A DNA stretch of 64,000 bases from an uncultured Clostridia bacterium. Its GTDB lineage: Bacteria; Bacillota; Clostridia; Christensenellales; UBA1242. The stretch spans positions 28 to 64,027 of the forward strand of contig CALVYS010000003.1 in NCBI GenBank assembly GCA_944372355.1, read 5' to 3'. The notes under the pieces were generated by a model. The model was given only the letters and a program-made list of their open reading frames with translations, had not been told where the DNA came from and made no database searches. Positions 39,113 through 47,919 of this stretch are shown one piece after another; the stretch's first letter is position 1, and each line of letters opens with the position of its first letter. The position numbers and the translations under genes are program-made.

Positions 39113-39705
39113 TGAAAACGCTTAAAGAGTTAAGAGCCTATGCCCAAAGCACTATGACGCCGATAATTCGGCCGCAAAGTGCCAAAATTTTGAAAGAGCT
39201 CTGTCAAACTCGGGCACCAAAACGCATTTTGGAAATCGGCACTGCGATTGGCTATTCGGCCTCGCTTATGCTTTTGTATTGTCCAAAAGCAGAAGTTGTG
39301 ACGATAGAAAAGGATCCGCAGATGATCGCGTTTGCCAAGCAAACTTTCAAACTGAGAGGGCTTGAAAAACGCGTCACTTTGATGCAGACAGACGCAATGG
39401 TCGCTCTTGAAAAATTGTCGAGTGATGGCGAAAAATTCGACCTGATTTTTCTCGATGGGCCAAAGGGGCAGTATTTCAAATATCTGCCACTGTTAAAGAG
39501 GTTGTTGGCATCAAAAGGTGTTTTGCTTGCTGATGACGTGCTCTTTCATGGTTATGTCAAAATGCCAGGCGATCCTGGGCACAAACATCGGACGATAGTT
39601 GCAAGTTTGAGGTCTTTCATATCAGATTTGCAGCAGGACAAAGCTTTCATAGCCAAACTTATTGAAATTGAAGATGGTTTGCTTTTGTGCGAACGGTTAA
39701 ATTAA
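39112..39705 (+). CDS. Class I SAM-dependent O-methyltransferase (YrrM/TrmR-like)
   Basis: ILEIGTAIGYSA SAM-binding motif and FLDGPK; start overlaps the rnj stop. Confidence 0.8.
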   Translation: MKTLKELRAYAQSTMTPIIRPQSAKILKELCQTRAPKRILEIGTAIGYSASLMLLYCPKAEVVTIEKDPQMIAFAKQTFKLRGLEKRVTLMQTDAMVALEKLSSDGEKFDLIFLDGPKGQYFKYLPLLKRLLASKGVLLADDVLFHGYVKMPGDPGHKHRTIVASLRSFISDLQQDKAFIAKLIEIEDGLLLCERLN

Positions 39706-39740
39706 TTGTATTTTTTTGTATATTTTGCTAGAATAAACTT

Positions 39741-40286
39741 ATGCAGTTTGAAATAAGCATCATTGAAGCGCTTCAATCGGTGGCTTCTGATGGACTTACA
39801 ATATTTTTCAAAGTCATATCTCTGCTCGGCAGTTGGTATGGCTTTATTGTCGTGTTTCTTGTGTTTTTGTTTTTCAGTCGCAAACTCGCTTTGACTTTTG
39901 GCGGCACATTTTTGAGTGGGGTGCTTTTCAACTATATTTTGAAATTGCTGATCAATAGACCAAGGCCTTTTGACACAAATTCAGCAGTGTTGGTGTTGTC
40001 TGATGCGATGGGGCAAAGCATGCCAAGCAATCACGCGTTTTGTGCAACAGTTTTGGCTGTGTTTGTCTGCTATTTTGTCTTTCGGTTGTCTGAGAAGAAA
40101 TGGGCAAGGTGGCTTGCTGGTGTCATCGCAGGCGTGATGGTTGCACTTGTGTGCATTTCCAGAATGTATTTGGGCGTGCATTATTTGACAGACGTGCTTG
40201 TTGGGGTTATAATCGGAATATGTTTTTCTTTGGGTGGCATAGCTATATACCAAAGGTGGGTTAGAAGGTCTAATTATGGAATTTAA
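39741..40286 (+). CDS. PAP2-family phosphatase (undecaprenyl-diphosphatase-like)
   Basis: KLLINRPRP, PSNH and SRMYLGVHYLTD tripartite PAP2 motifs. Confidence 0.85.
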   Translation: MQFEISIIEALQSVASDGLTIFFKVISLLGSWYGFIVVFLVFLFFSRKLALTFGGTFLSGVLFNYILKLLINRPRPFDTNSAVLVLSDAMGQSMPSNHAFCATVLAVFVCYFVFRLSEKKWARWLAGVIAGVMVALVCISRMYLGVHYLTDVLVGVIIGICFSLGGIAIYQRWVRRSNYGI

Positions 40287-40704
40287 ATCTGAAAGCGAAA
40301 AACAAACCATGCAGTTTGCAAAGCAGCTGGCAAGGCAAATTAAAGCCCCATGCATCATTTTGTTAAAGGGCGATTTGGGCGCTGGAAAAACTCATTTTGT
40401 CAAGGGTTTTGCGCAAGGCATGAAAGCGCGTGCACAGGTCACAAGTCCAACGTTCACAATCATGAACATCTATCAAGGAAAGGTGCCGATTTATCACTTT
40501 GACTTGTATCGCATAGGCAGCGATGAGGAAGCCGAGCAGCTTGGTTTTTTCGACTACTTCGATCATGACTCGCTTGACGGGATCAGCATTGTGGAGTGGC
40601 CGGAAAACGCGCCAGACCTTGTGCAGAATTATGACATTGAAATCACAATCGAAAAGCTGAATGATGAAAATTCGCGCTTGATTAAACTTAGGAGGAGAGA
40701 TTGA
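40276..40704 (+). CDS. tsaE: tRNA t6A37 biosynthesis ATPase TsaE
   Basis: GDLGAGKTHFVKG P-loop and SPTF motif; 142 aa. Confidence 0.9.
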   Translation: MEFKSESEKQTMQFAKQLARQIKAPCIILLKGDLGAGKTHFVKGFAQGMKARAQVTSPTFTIMNIYQGKVPIYHFDLYRIGSDEEAEQLGFFDYFDHDSLDGISIVEWPENAPDLVQNYDIEITIEKLNDENSRLIKLRRRD

Positions 40705-41321
40705 TGCTTGCTATTTCAACAGCCACAAAAAAAGCATTGCTTGCTTTGGAACATGACGGCAGGCGAGTGTTCAAGGAATTGGACGCCGATTGCAGACAGT
40801 CTGAAAAGATTTTGCAAGCGATTGACGACATGCTCAAAAAAGAAAAATTGGGTTTGAGCGACGTGGGAAACTTTGCACTTGTCATAGGGCCAGGCTCTTT
40901 CACGGGGCTCAGAATTGGTGCGGCACTCTTGAAAGGTTTTTGTGCGGGCGAAAAACAGCACAAAATCGTGCCACTGCCAACTCTTGATGTGATTGCATAT
41001 AGTGTGATTAAAGAATATCAACCAAAACAGAATTTCAGCTGTGTTATGAGCGCACAGGGAGGCAAGTTTTACAGTGCCAGTTACTCTAAAAAAGGCGAAA
41101 AACTCAAAGAGGAACACATCGAAAATGCCGCCGAAGTGTTAAAAGGCAGAGGCGCAAAATATTGTTTGATGGAAGAGGGTTTTTTGCCTAATTCTGTCAG
41201 CATCACAAGTGAAAATTTGCTGGAAATTGCGCTTAAACGCGAGAAAGAGGGTGAACTTGTTTCGGCAAAAGACATCACGCTGAAATACATACGAAAATCC
41301 TCGGCAGAAGAGAAAATTTAG
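40704..41321 (+). CDS. tsaB: tRNA t6A37 biosynthesis protein TsaB
   Basis: GPGSFTGLRIG motif; TGATG overlap with tsaE. Confidence 0.85.
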   Translation: MLAISTATKKALLALEHDGRRVFKELDADCRQSEKILQAIDDMLKKEKLGLSDVGNFALVIGPGSFTGLRIGAALLKGFCAGEKQHKIVPLPTLDVIAYSVIKEYQPKQNFSCVMSAQGGKFYSASYSKKGEKLKEEHIENAAEVLKGRGAKYCLMEEGFLPNSVSITSENLLEIALKREKEGELVSAKDITLKYIRKSSAEEKI

Positions 41322-41407
41322 TATAAAAAATTTTTTAAAAAACTGCGTGAAATTGATAGACATATTCTGCTAATATAAGTATAATTGCATTAGATTTTGG
41401 AGGTAAT

Positions 41408-41890
41408 ATGAAAAAACCAGAATACAAACGCTGCCCAAGATGCGAACTCAATTTTATAAAAAAGAATGAAAAACTCTGTTCGGTTTGTCAAGCCGAGCTT
41501 TCAAATAAAGATGACTATCTCGATGACCTTGATTTGGAGCTTTGCCCAATTTGCAAAACCAACTATATTCAGCCTGATGAAATCATGTGCTCAACTTGCT
41601 TGAAGGAACATCAAACCGAAGATGGAGAAGTCAATGCTGATTGGAGCAGATATATCGAACGCGATGATGAGGACGACTATGTTTCTCCTGACGAGGAAAC
41701 CGGGGAGATGGCATCTGTTCATGACATCGATGATGACGACATCTTAGATGGCGGCTTCGACAGCGACATGGATTTTGATGACGACATGGACGAAGATTTG
41801 GATCTTGACGAAGAGCTTGACGATGACCTTGAATTTGACGATGACGACGATGATGACGACGACGATGACTATGAAGATGATGAAGATTAA
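41408..41890 (+). CDS. Double zinc-ribbon protein with extreme poly-Asp/Glu C-terminal tail
   Basis: CPRC..17..CSVC and CPIC..15..CSTC pairs, followed by about 75 residues dominated by D/E and ending DDDDDDDDDDDYEDDED. Confidence 0.7.
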   Translation: MKKPEYKRCPRCELNFIKKNEKLCSVCQAELSNKDDYLDDLDLELCPICKTNYIQPDEIMCSTCLKEHQTEDGEVNADWSRYIERDDEDDYVSPDEETGEMASVHDIDDDDILDGGFDSDMDFDDDMDEDLDLDEELDDDLEFDDDDDDDDDDDYEDDED

Positions 41891-41920
41891 AAAAAACACG
41901 GCACTTAGCCGTGTTTTTTA
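41890..41920. terminator. Bidirectional terminator
   Basis: aaaaaaACACGGC-actta-GCCGTGTttttt between convergent genes. Confidence 0.85.
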
Positions 41921-44900
41921 TTTCTCATCATTTTGAGACTGTTTTTCTTTCGCTTGTTTTTTTGCTTGCTTTGCCTGCAAAGCCTCGGTGCGTTTGCGGT
42001 CGGCAAGTATGCGTTTTTCAACTGTCAGCAGGTAATCTGGTGATTCGATAAGCGAAAGATGTTCTTTAAGCTCTTCAACATTCTTTTGAAGTTTGGTTCG
42101 CTTTTGTGCAAACAATTTAAATTTGCGTTCAACCTCTTTTGTGACTTTGCCGTCTTCTCTGGCTTGATTTACTGTCTTTTTGTTTTCTTCTTCAAGCTCT
42201 GAGATTTGAGATTGCAGCTCTTCAATGTGTGATTTCACTTTTTCAACTTCAATGTCACGGATTCTCTTAGCCTCGTTTGTGATGACGTCTTGATGCAATG
42301 ACTGTTCTCTGTCATATGCGCCTTTTTCTTTTCTTTCAACTTTGTTCCATTTGAATTTTCGAATAAAGAAGAGGATAACTGCCAAGATGATCGCAACGCC
42401 GAATATCAGGGAAGGGATAAGCAGCCAAATATAGCTGTTGTCTGGCTCTTCTGTGGTGTCAGTGTCTGTGCTGTCGTCGCCAGAGTCATCGGTTGATTCT
42501 TCTGTTGCTGCGGCTTTGAAAACGGTTGTATCAAATCTTGTATTGCTTTCAAGTGCGTCATATGTTGCTTGATCTGTGCTTTCCCATGAGATGTCTGTCA
42601 GATAAGCCAAACCGCTGGTTTCAAAGTTTTGGCTGATGAGTTTGAACACGAAATTGGCTTCACTAGCTTCTGATGCGTAGAAGTATATTTCATATTCCTG
42701 CCAGCCTTCATTGGATTTAAGTTCGCTTACAAGTGTGTGGCTGCTGAGACCGATGCTTACACCAAAGCTATATTTTTGCTCATCGCCATTTGAATCGGTA
42801 TAGGTGACTTCGTCTGGCAAAGCGGTGAGAAGCCTGAATTTTAAAACATAGTAGCTTGATTCAGACAAGTCGATCGTGAATTTTGAAGTGAGCGAATATG
42901 TCGCTCTGTCGGTGGTTGAAATAACCAAAACATTGTTTGTCAAAGTGCCGTCATCAATGCTTTCTGGGTTGTTTTTGTAACCGAAAGAATCGTTGCCTGG
43001 CCCTGCGATGATTCCGCCCTCAGCAGCTCCGGTTGAGCCAGCTTCAAGGCTGCTGGTGTAGGCGTTAGGAGAAGTGATGTTGTTTCCAATTTCACCATTA
43101 GGATCATTTGCAAGCATGAAGCCTGAAAGGTCAACAGGGTTTTGTGCATTTGCAAATTCATCGCTGGTGGCAGAAAGCAGCTCCATGTTGTCCAAGAAAG
43201 CATAGCCTCGCACAGGATTTTCTTCGGTCCCAAATTCGATAATCGCTGTGATGGTGGAGGAAGCCTCACCAGGATTGATTATTGCGCTGTATGTGCTCCA
43301 AGTATCGTTTGCCGAAAGATTTTTGTCGTGTAGAATGACGATTCCATCTTCGTCCACAAGTCTGATGTTGATGCTTGCACTGCCAAGTGTTTTAAATCTG
43401 AATGTGAAGTTGTAGTAAGCTTCATCGCCAGTTGCAAGCTCAAAAGTTGAAGAGGTGAGTGATTGATAATCGCTTTGGCTGTTAAACATCATCAAAATGT
43501 TGTTAACGTCGTCTGATGTGGAGTAGTCATCTGGTGAGCCTGGATTTGAAAGTCCTTGCGCCCAAGTGTAACCTGCATTTGCATATTCATCAAAGTATTT
43601 TGAGTAGATGTTGATGATTCCGGCTGCCTTGTCATAGTGGGAATCGGATTGTGTCAGTTCAAATCCCTCTGGCAGGATTGGGAAGGTTAGGTTTTCATCT
43701 TGTGCTTGTCCGCGTGTGAAGTAGCCGTTGGTTATGCTCTCTTCATCATCAGATGCAACCGAAAGGGTCAAGATGTTTGAGTCAGAAACAAAATCTTCTG
43801 AGGAAACTTGTTCAAGCACGATGCTGTCAATCACAACGCCGCCAAGTGCCGGAGAATCCTCTGTTCCAAGCAAAAGTGAAAGTGTGACTTGGCTGTCGTA
43901 TCTGTTGTGTCCTTGGATATAGAAACTGATCTCATTGTATCCATTTATGAAATTATTGGTTCCGTTTTCAGAAACAGCAGAGGAGGTTGCGCTTTCCAAG
44001 GTGTAATGGCCGTCAAGATATGAAAATTCATTAATTATCGCGTCGGTTTCGTCAAGTCTTGCGTAAAAACTGCCACTTTTAAGGCCGGTGAATTTAACGC
44101 GCAATGTCAGTTTGTAAAGGCCAAAGGCTTTGATGTCAAATGGTTTGGACTCAACTCTCACAAAGCCTTCGCTCTCTGTCCAAAGCACCATGCTTTGTGT
44201 GTTGTTATAGGAGTAGTCGTCGCCAGGACATTCCAGTCCTGTTCTGTTTTTGAAGTTGCCTTCATTCATCTGCAAGATGGCTGCATGAGCGCCTTCGGTT
44301 GCCTCTGGCCTGGTCCAATCCACCAAACTGTTGTCTGCCTGTGAAAGATCCTTTTCAAAATCAAAGTTCAAATCTGTGGTGTCGACAATTTTGCCATTGT
44401 CAATCACTTGTTCGTGATAGGCCTTTCCGTCTTTATCACGCAAAGCTTTGAGTTCGTAGTAAGCGTTTGCGGAAAGTTTTGTGCCTTGAACTGCATCAAA
44501 GAAGGCCACGCCTCTTGAATCTGAGGTTTCAGAGCCAAGCCACAAATCGATGGTGATCGTCTGCTTTTGTGCGCCGGTTGTGATGTAGAAGTATTCAACC
44601 CGCCATTCTTTTGCACGAATGTTGGTTGAAGAAAGTTCCAGTTCATTTCCGTCCTCATCAACCAAACCTGAAATATAAACCGAGGCAAATTCAGTGGAGT
44701 CGTCAAACGATGCTGTTTTCACAGCAACAGAAAATTCATAAAAACTGTTTGCGTCGAGGGTGATGTCGTTGGAGTAGTAACCTTCGCTCACTTGAACGGT
44801 TGAAACATTTCCGCCAGAAGGAGCGGCGGTTGCAGAGTTGATCATCAAAATTTTGTTTTCGCCCACACTGTAATCGCTGCCAGGGTTGCTTGTGAGGTAG

Positions 44901-45190
44901 TAGGTGTTGGTTCCATATGTGGAATAATTTGTCACAGTGTCGATGACCATGGTTTTTGCGCCGGTTGTGCCATAAAATCTTTGCCAGCCAGTTGGATTGC
45001 CGTCAAGATAGGTGGAAGAGATTTCATCAAAACTTCCATTTGTGATGGAAACTGCGGAAGAATATTCACCCAGATCACTTGCATAAGCAGTGGTTGTGCC
45101 AAGTCCAGCAAAGCCAACAAAAGAAAGTGGGAGAGCCAAGCTCATCATTCCCACAGCAAAAATTTTCAGTCCTTTTTTTCTTGTAGCCAT
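41918..45190 (-). CDS. Large type-I membrane surface protein with repeated CBM-like beta-sandwich modules and a cytoplasmic coiled-coil tail
   Basis: Signal peptide (MMSLALPLSFVGFAGLGTTTAYA). About 890 aa is extracellular, with several N-G-[SY]-F-[DET] module starts. One TM (IWLLIPSLIFGVAIILAVILFFI) is followed by about 170 aa of K/E-rich heptad-like sequence. Confidence 0.75.
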   Translation of the reverse strand: MATRKKGLKIFAVGMMSLALPLSFVGFAGLGTTTAYASDLGEYSSAVSITNGSFDEISSTYLDGNPTGWQRFYGTTGAKTMVIDTVTNYSTYGTNTYYLTSNPGSDYSVGENKILMINSATAAPSGGNVSTVQVSEGYYSNDITLDANSFYEFSVAVKTASFDDSTEFASVYISGLVDEDGNELELSSTNIRAKEWRVEYFYITTGAQKQTITIDLWLGSETSDSRGVAFFDAVQGTKLSANAYYELKALRDKDGKAYHEQVIDNGKIVDTTDLNFDFEKDLSQADNSLVDWTRPEATEGAHAAILQMNEGNFKNRTGLECPGDDYSYNNTQSMVLWTESEGFVRVESKPFDIKAFGLYKLTLRVKFTGLKSGSFYARLDETDAIINEFSYLDGHYTLESATSSAVSENGTNNFINGYNEISFYIQGHNRYDSQVTLSLLLGTEDSPALGGVVIDSIVLEQVSSEDFVSDSNILTLSVASDDEESITNGYFTRGQAQDENLTFPILPEGFELTQSDSHYDKAAGIINIYSKYFDEYANAGYTWAQGLSNPGSPDDYSTSDDVNNILMMFNSQSDYQSLTSSTFELATGDEAYYNFTFRFKTLGSASINIRLVDEDGIVILHDKNLSANDTWSTYSAIINPGEASSTITAIIEFGTEENPVRGYAFLDNMELLSATSDEFANAQNPVDLSGFMLANDPNGEIGNNITSPNAYTSSLEAGSTGAAEGGIIAGPGNDSFGYKNNPESIDDGTLTNNVLVISTTDRATYSLTSKFTIDLSESSYYVLKFRLLTALPDEVTYTDSNGDEQKYSFGVSIGLSSHTLVSELKSNEGWQEYEIYFYASEASEANFVFKLISQNFETSGLAYLTDISWESTDQATYDALESNTRFDTTVFKAAATEESTDDSGDDSTDTDTTEEPDNSYIWLLIPSLIFGVAIILAVILFFIRKFKWNKVERKEKGAYDREQSLHQDVITNEAKRIRDIEVEKVKSHIEELQSQISELEEENKKTVNQAREDGKVTKEVERKFKLFAQKRTKLQKNVEELKEHLSLIESPDYLLTVEKRILADRKRTEALQAKQAKKQAKEKQSQNDEK

Positions 45191-45280
45191 GTAATCAAAG
45201 TTCCTTATAAAAATTTCAGTATTTAGTATACAACAAAATTAATTAATAATCAATTGATTTTTGCTAAGAATAATACTATT

Positions 45281-45679
45281 ATGAAAAAAAATTTATTTAT
45301 TCAGCGATCCGACAAAAAGAAGAATGTGCTTGAAAAACTGGTGCTTGTGTGCATCGGTGGAGTTATAGGTTTCTTAAATGGTTTTTTTGGTGGCGGAGGC
45401 GGCATGGTTTGCGTGCCAACTTTGGAAAAGGTTTTAAAGCTTGACAACAAGCGCTCTCACGCCACAGCGATAGCCGTGATCTTTCCACTTTCGCTGGTCA
45501 GCTGTGCGGTTTACATATTCAAAGGCGCGATTCAATCTTTGCCACTTTTGACTGTTGGCCTCGGCGTGCTTGTTGGAGGAATTGGCGGCTCGATCGCACT
45601 CAAATTTCTGCCATCAAAAGTGATAAGAATCATATTTGCAGTTTTGATGTTGGCAGGGGGAGTGAGGCTTATCATATGA
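45281..45679 (+). CDS. Half-size TauE/SafE (TSUP) family membrane protein
   Basis: GGVIGFLNGFFGGGGGMVCVP motif; about 4 TM; ATG 45281. Confidence 0.75.
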   Translation: MKKNLFIQRSDKKKNVLEKLVLVCIGGVIGFLNGFFGGGGGMVCVPTLEKVLKLDNKRSHATAIAVIFPLSLVSCAVYIFKGAIQSLPLLTVGLGVLVGGIGGSIALKFLPSKVIRIIFAVLMLAGGVRLII

Positions 45680-46089
45680 CAATATTTCTGCAAATTTTAT
45701 TTGGGCTTTTAGGCGGTTTTTTCGGTGGACTTGGAATGGGTGGAGGCACAATACTCATTCCTCTGACAACGATTTTTCTTGGTTTTGATCAGCAGCTCAG
45801 TCAAGGCATAAACTTGCTGACATTTCTTGTCATGGCGGTCTTTTCAATGTGGATTCATATGCGCAATGGTTTGATTGAAACCAAGGGCATCTTTTGGATA
45901 ATTTTGGGTGGAGTGGTTTTCGCGGTTGGCGGCTCGCTTTTGGCTATGGTGCTGCCAAGTTTGATTTTGAGAAAGTGTTTTGGCGTGTTTTTAAGCATTT
46001 TGAGCGTTTTTGAGTTTTTAAAGGCTTTTCCAAAACAAAAAAAACAATTAAAAAACAAAATTTCAAACAAAAAAGCGCAGGATAAATAA
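45676..46089 (+). CDS. Half-size TauE/SafE (TSUP) family membrane protein (second half)
   Basis: GLLGGFFGGLGMGGGTILIP motif; ATGA overlap with the first half. Confidence 0.75.
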   Translation: MTIFLQILFGLLGGFFGGLGMGGGTILIPLTTIFLGFDQQLSQGINLLTFLVMAVFSMWIHMRNGLIETKGIFWIILGGVVFAVGGSLLAMVLPSLILRKCFGVFLSILSVFEFLKAFPKQKKQLKNKISNKKAQDK

Positions 46090-46189
46090 AGGCAAAAAAA
46101 CCTATATTTTTTTGCATAAAATTATGCTTTAACAGGGTGCAAACAATGAGGCAAGACGCCCTTTTTTAAATTTATTTTTTCTAAAATGG

Positions 46190-46219
46190 TTTACAAAGCG
46201 TTCGCTCTTGTGTTATAAT
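46190..46219 (+). promoter_or_regulatory. Sigma-A-type promoter (extended -10)
   Basis: TTTACA (46190-46195), 18-nt spacer ending in TGT, TATAAT (46214-46219). Confidence 0.55.
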
Positions 46220-46242
46220 GTCGACATAAGGAGAGATATGCC

Positions 46243-46413
46243 ATGAAAGTGAATCCAAAAAAATGCATTGGATGTGGAACCTGCGTTGCTATCTGCCCTG
46301 TGGAGGCCATATCTTTTGACAAAAACGGAAAGGCAAAAATAGATCAAGCAAAATGCATACATTGTGGGGCTTGTGCATCAAGCTGCCCAGTGAGTGCAAT
46401 TGATTGGGAATAA
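46243..46413 (+). CDS. 2x[4Fe-4S] ferredoxin (56 aa)
   Basis: Absent from the ORF track because it is under 60 aa. AAGGAGAG RBS. Own translation is MKVNPKKCIGCGTCVAICPVEAISFDKNGKAKIDQAKCIHCGACASSCPVSAIDWE, with two CxxCxxCxxxCP clusters. Confidence 0.85.
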   Translation: MKVNPKKCIGCGTCVAICPVEAISFDKNGKAKIDQAKCIHCGACASSCPVSAIDWE

Positions 46414-46427
46414 AAAGGGGAAGGACT

Positions 46428-47909
46428 GTGGAAAAAATCGCGATTATCGAGCTTGCTGATTCAGCAACCAAACTTTCAATTTACAAAACTCAAAATGGCA
46501 GATACAAGCTTGTCAGACACGAGGAAGACAGGGTGTCAATTTTCAAAGACATCGCCGAAGAAAAACTTTTGAGGCCGAAAACGATAACCGATGTGGTTTC
46601 AATTTTAAAAATCTATCGCAATGTCATTGAAGACAATGAAGTGCAAAAGATCATCGCAGTTTCTGACAAGGCCATCGCTTCGGCACGCAATCAGCGCGGC
46701 TTTTTTGACGAGGTTTTCAACAACACTGGCATCAGCTTCTCATTTTTAAATGAAGAAGATGTTGTCAAAGCGATCTACACCTCTGTTGTGAATTCAATTG
46801 ACAATTCCAAGGGTGGAATAATTTACATCGGTGCAAACGACACATATTTCATTCGTTACAACCGCCGCACAACTCTTGGCTATTCAAGCGTGCCTTATGG
46901 CTATGAAAACATTATGGAAGGCACAGAGAAAAGCTTTGACGAAATGAAAAGGCTGTTTTTGGCAGAGCTTAACGCACGCGAATTCAAGTTTGATGTTGAT
47001 TCGCCATTAGTTGGCACAGGAATTCCGTTTATCAACCTTGGCAGGATTTCCAAAAAGGTCAACCACTATTCATTGGAGCTTGACAACAATTATGAAGTGA
47101 GTGCTTCATCAGAAAAGGCGGTTATGAATTTTGTTGGTGGGTTGGATCTTGAAAAAGTCAAAAAGGTCAAAGGCCTTGTAGATGACCGCACCGAAGTGCT
47201 CATATCAGGGCTTGCAATAGTTTCTGCTGTTTATGATTACTTTAAGGCGGAGCAGATCACCGTGACGACTGCAAACACCAGAGACGGCCTGGTTGCCGGA
47301 AGCATCTCAGGTGAAATTCAAGAAAAGCTGTCCGATCTGCTTGCAAGCTCTTTCTACAACATCTATGAATTTGAAAAAACCGAACTTTCTGCAAATTTGC
47401 GAGTTGCAAATATGGCCACAATTTTGTTCAAGCAACTGAAAGTTATGCACAAATTGCCAAGGGCATATGTGAAGCCTTTGCGAGTTGCTGCTTACATGTT
47501 TGACAGTGGCAAGCGTGTCAATTTTGAGGATTATGAAAAGCATGGCTTTTATGCCATTTTAAATTCCGGCTTATGCGGAGTAAGCCAGAAAGATTTGCTT
47601 TTGGGCGCATTTATTTGTGAATGTCAATTGGCCGACAATTTCAGCCTTTCCAAATGGATGAAGTATAAAGACATTTTGACTGATGAGGATCTGAATGCTG
47701 TTCGCAAACTTGGCGTAATCGTTCGTCTTTCAGCAGCATTAAACAGCTCAAAAAGCGAAGTTGTCACCGATGTTATGTGTGATATTTTGGGTGATTCCAT
47801 CATCATGAAACTTGTTGTCAACGGCGATCCGACTTACGAAATTATGCAAGGAATGAAAGTTGCCAGAGATTATCGCAAATTCTTCAAAAAGAATCTTCAA
47901 TTAATCTAG
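46428..47909 (+). CDS. Ppx/GppA-family-like protein with degenerate nucleotide-binding motifs
   Basis: Overall Ppx/GppA N-terminal pattern plus an HD-like C-terminal pattern. The phosphate-1 position reads IIELADSATK and the phosphate-2 position reads IIYIGANDTY. GTG start at 46428. Confidence 0.6.
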   Translation: MEKIAIIELADSATKLSIYKTQNGRYKLVRHEEDRVSIFKDIAEEKLLRPKTITDVVSILKIYRNVIEDNEVQKIIAVSDKAIASARNQRGFFDEVFNNTGISFSFLNEEDVVKAIYTSVVNSIDNSKGGIIYIGANDTYFIRYNRRTTLGYSSVPYGYENIMEGTEKSFDEMKRLFLAELNAREFKFDVDSPLVGTGIPFINLGRISKKVNHYSLELDNNYEVSASSEKAVMNFVGGLDLEKVKKVKGLVDDRTEVLISGLAIVSAVYDYFKAEQITVTTANTRDGLVAGSISGEIQEKLSDLLASSFYNIYEFEKTELSANLRVANMATILFKQLKVMHKLPRAYVKPLRVAAYMFDSGKRVNFEDYEKHGFYAILNSGLCGVSQKDLLLGAFICECQLADNFSLSKWMKYKDILTDEDLNAVRKLGVIVRLSAALNSSKSEVVTDVMCDILGDSIIMKLVVNGDPTYEIMQGMKVARDYRKFFKKNLQLI

Positions 47910-47919
47910 GAGGTGAAAA

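Noticed and set aside
41748-41936. 62-aa ORF (MAASTATWILMTTWTKIW...)
   Set aside because: It is an alternative frame of the GAT/GAC-rich poly-Asp coding repeat of the zinc-ribbon/acidic protein gene.
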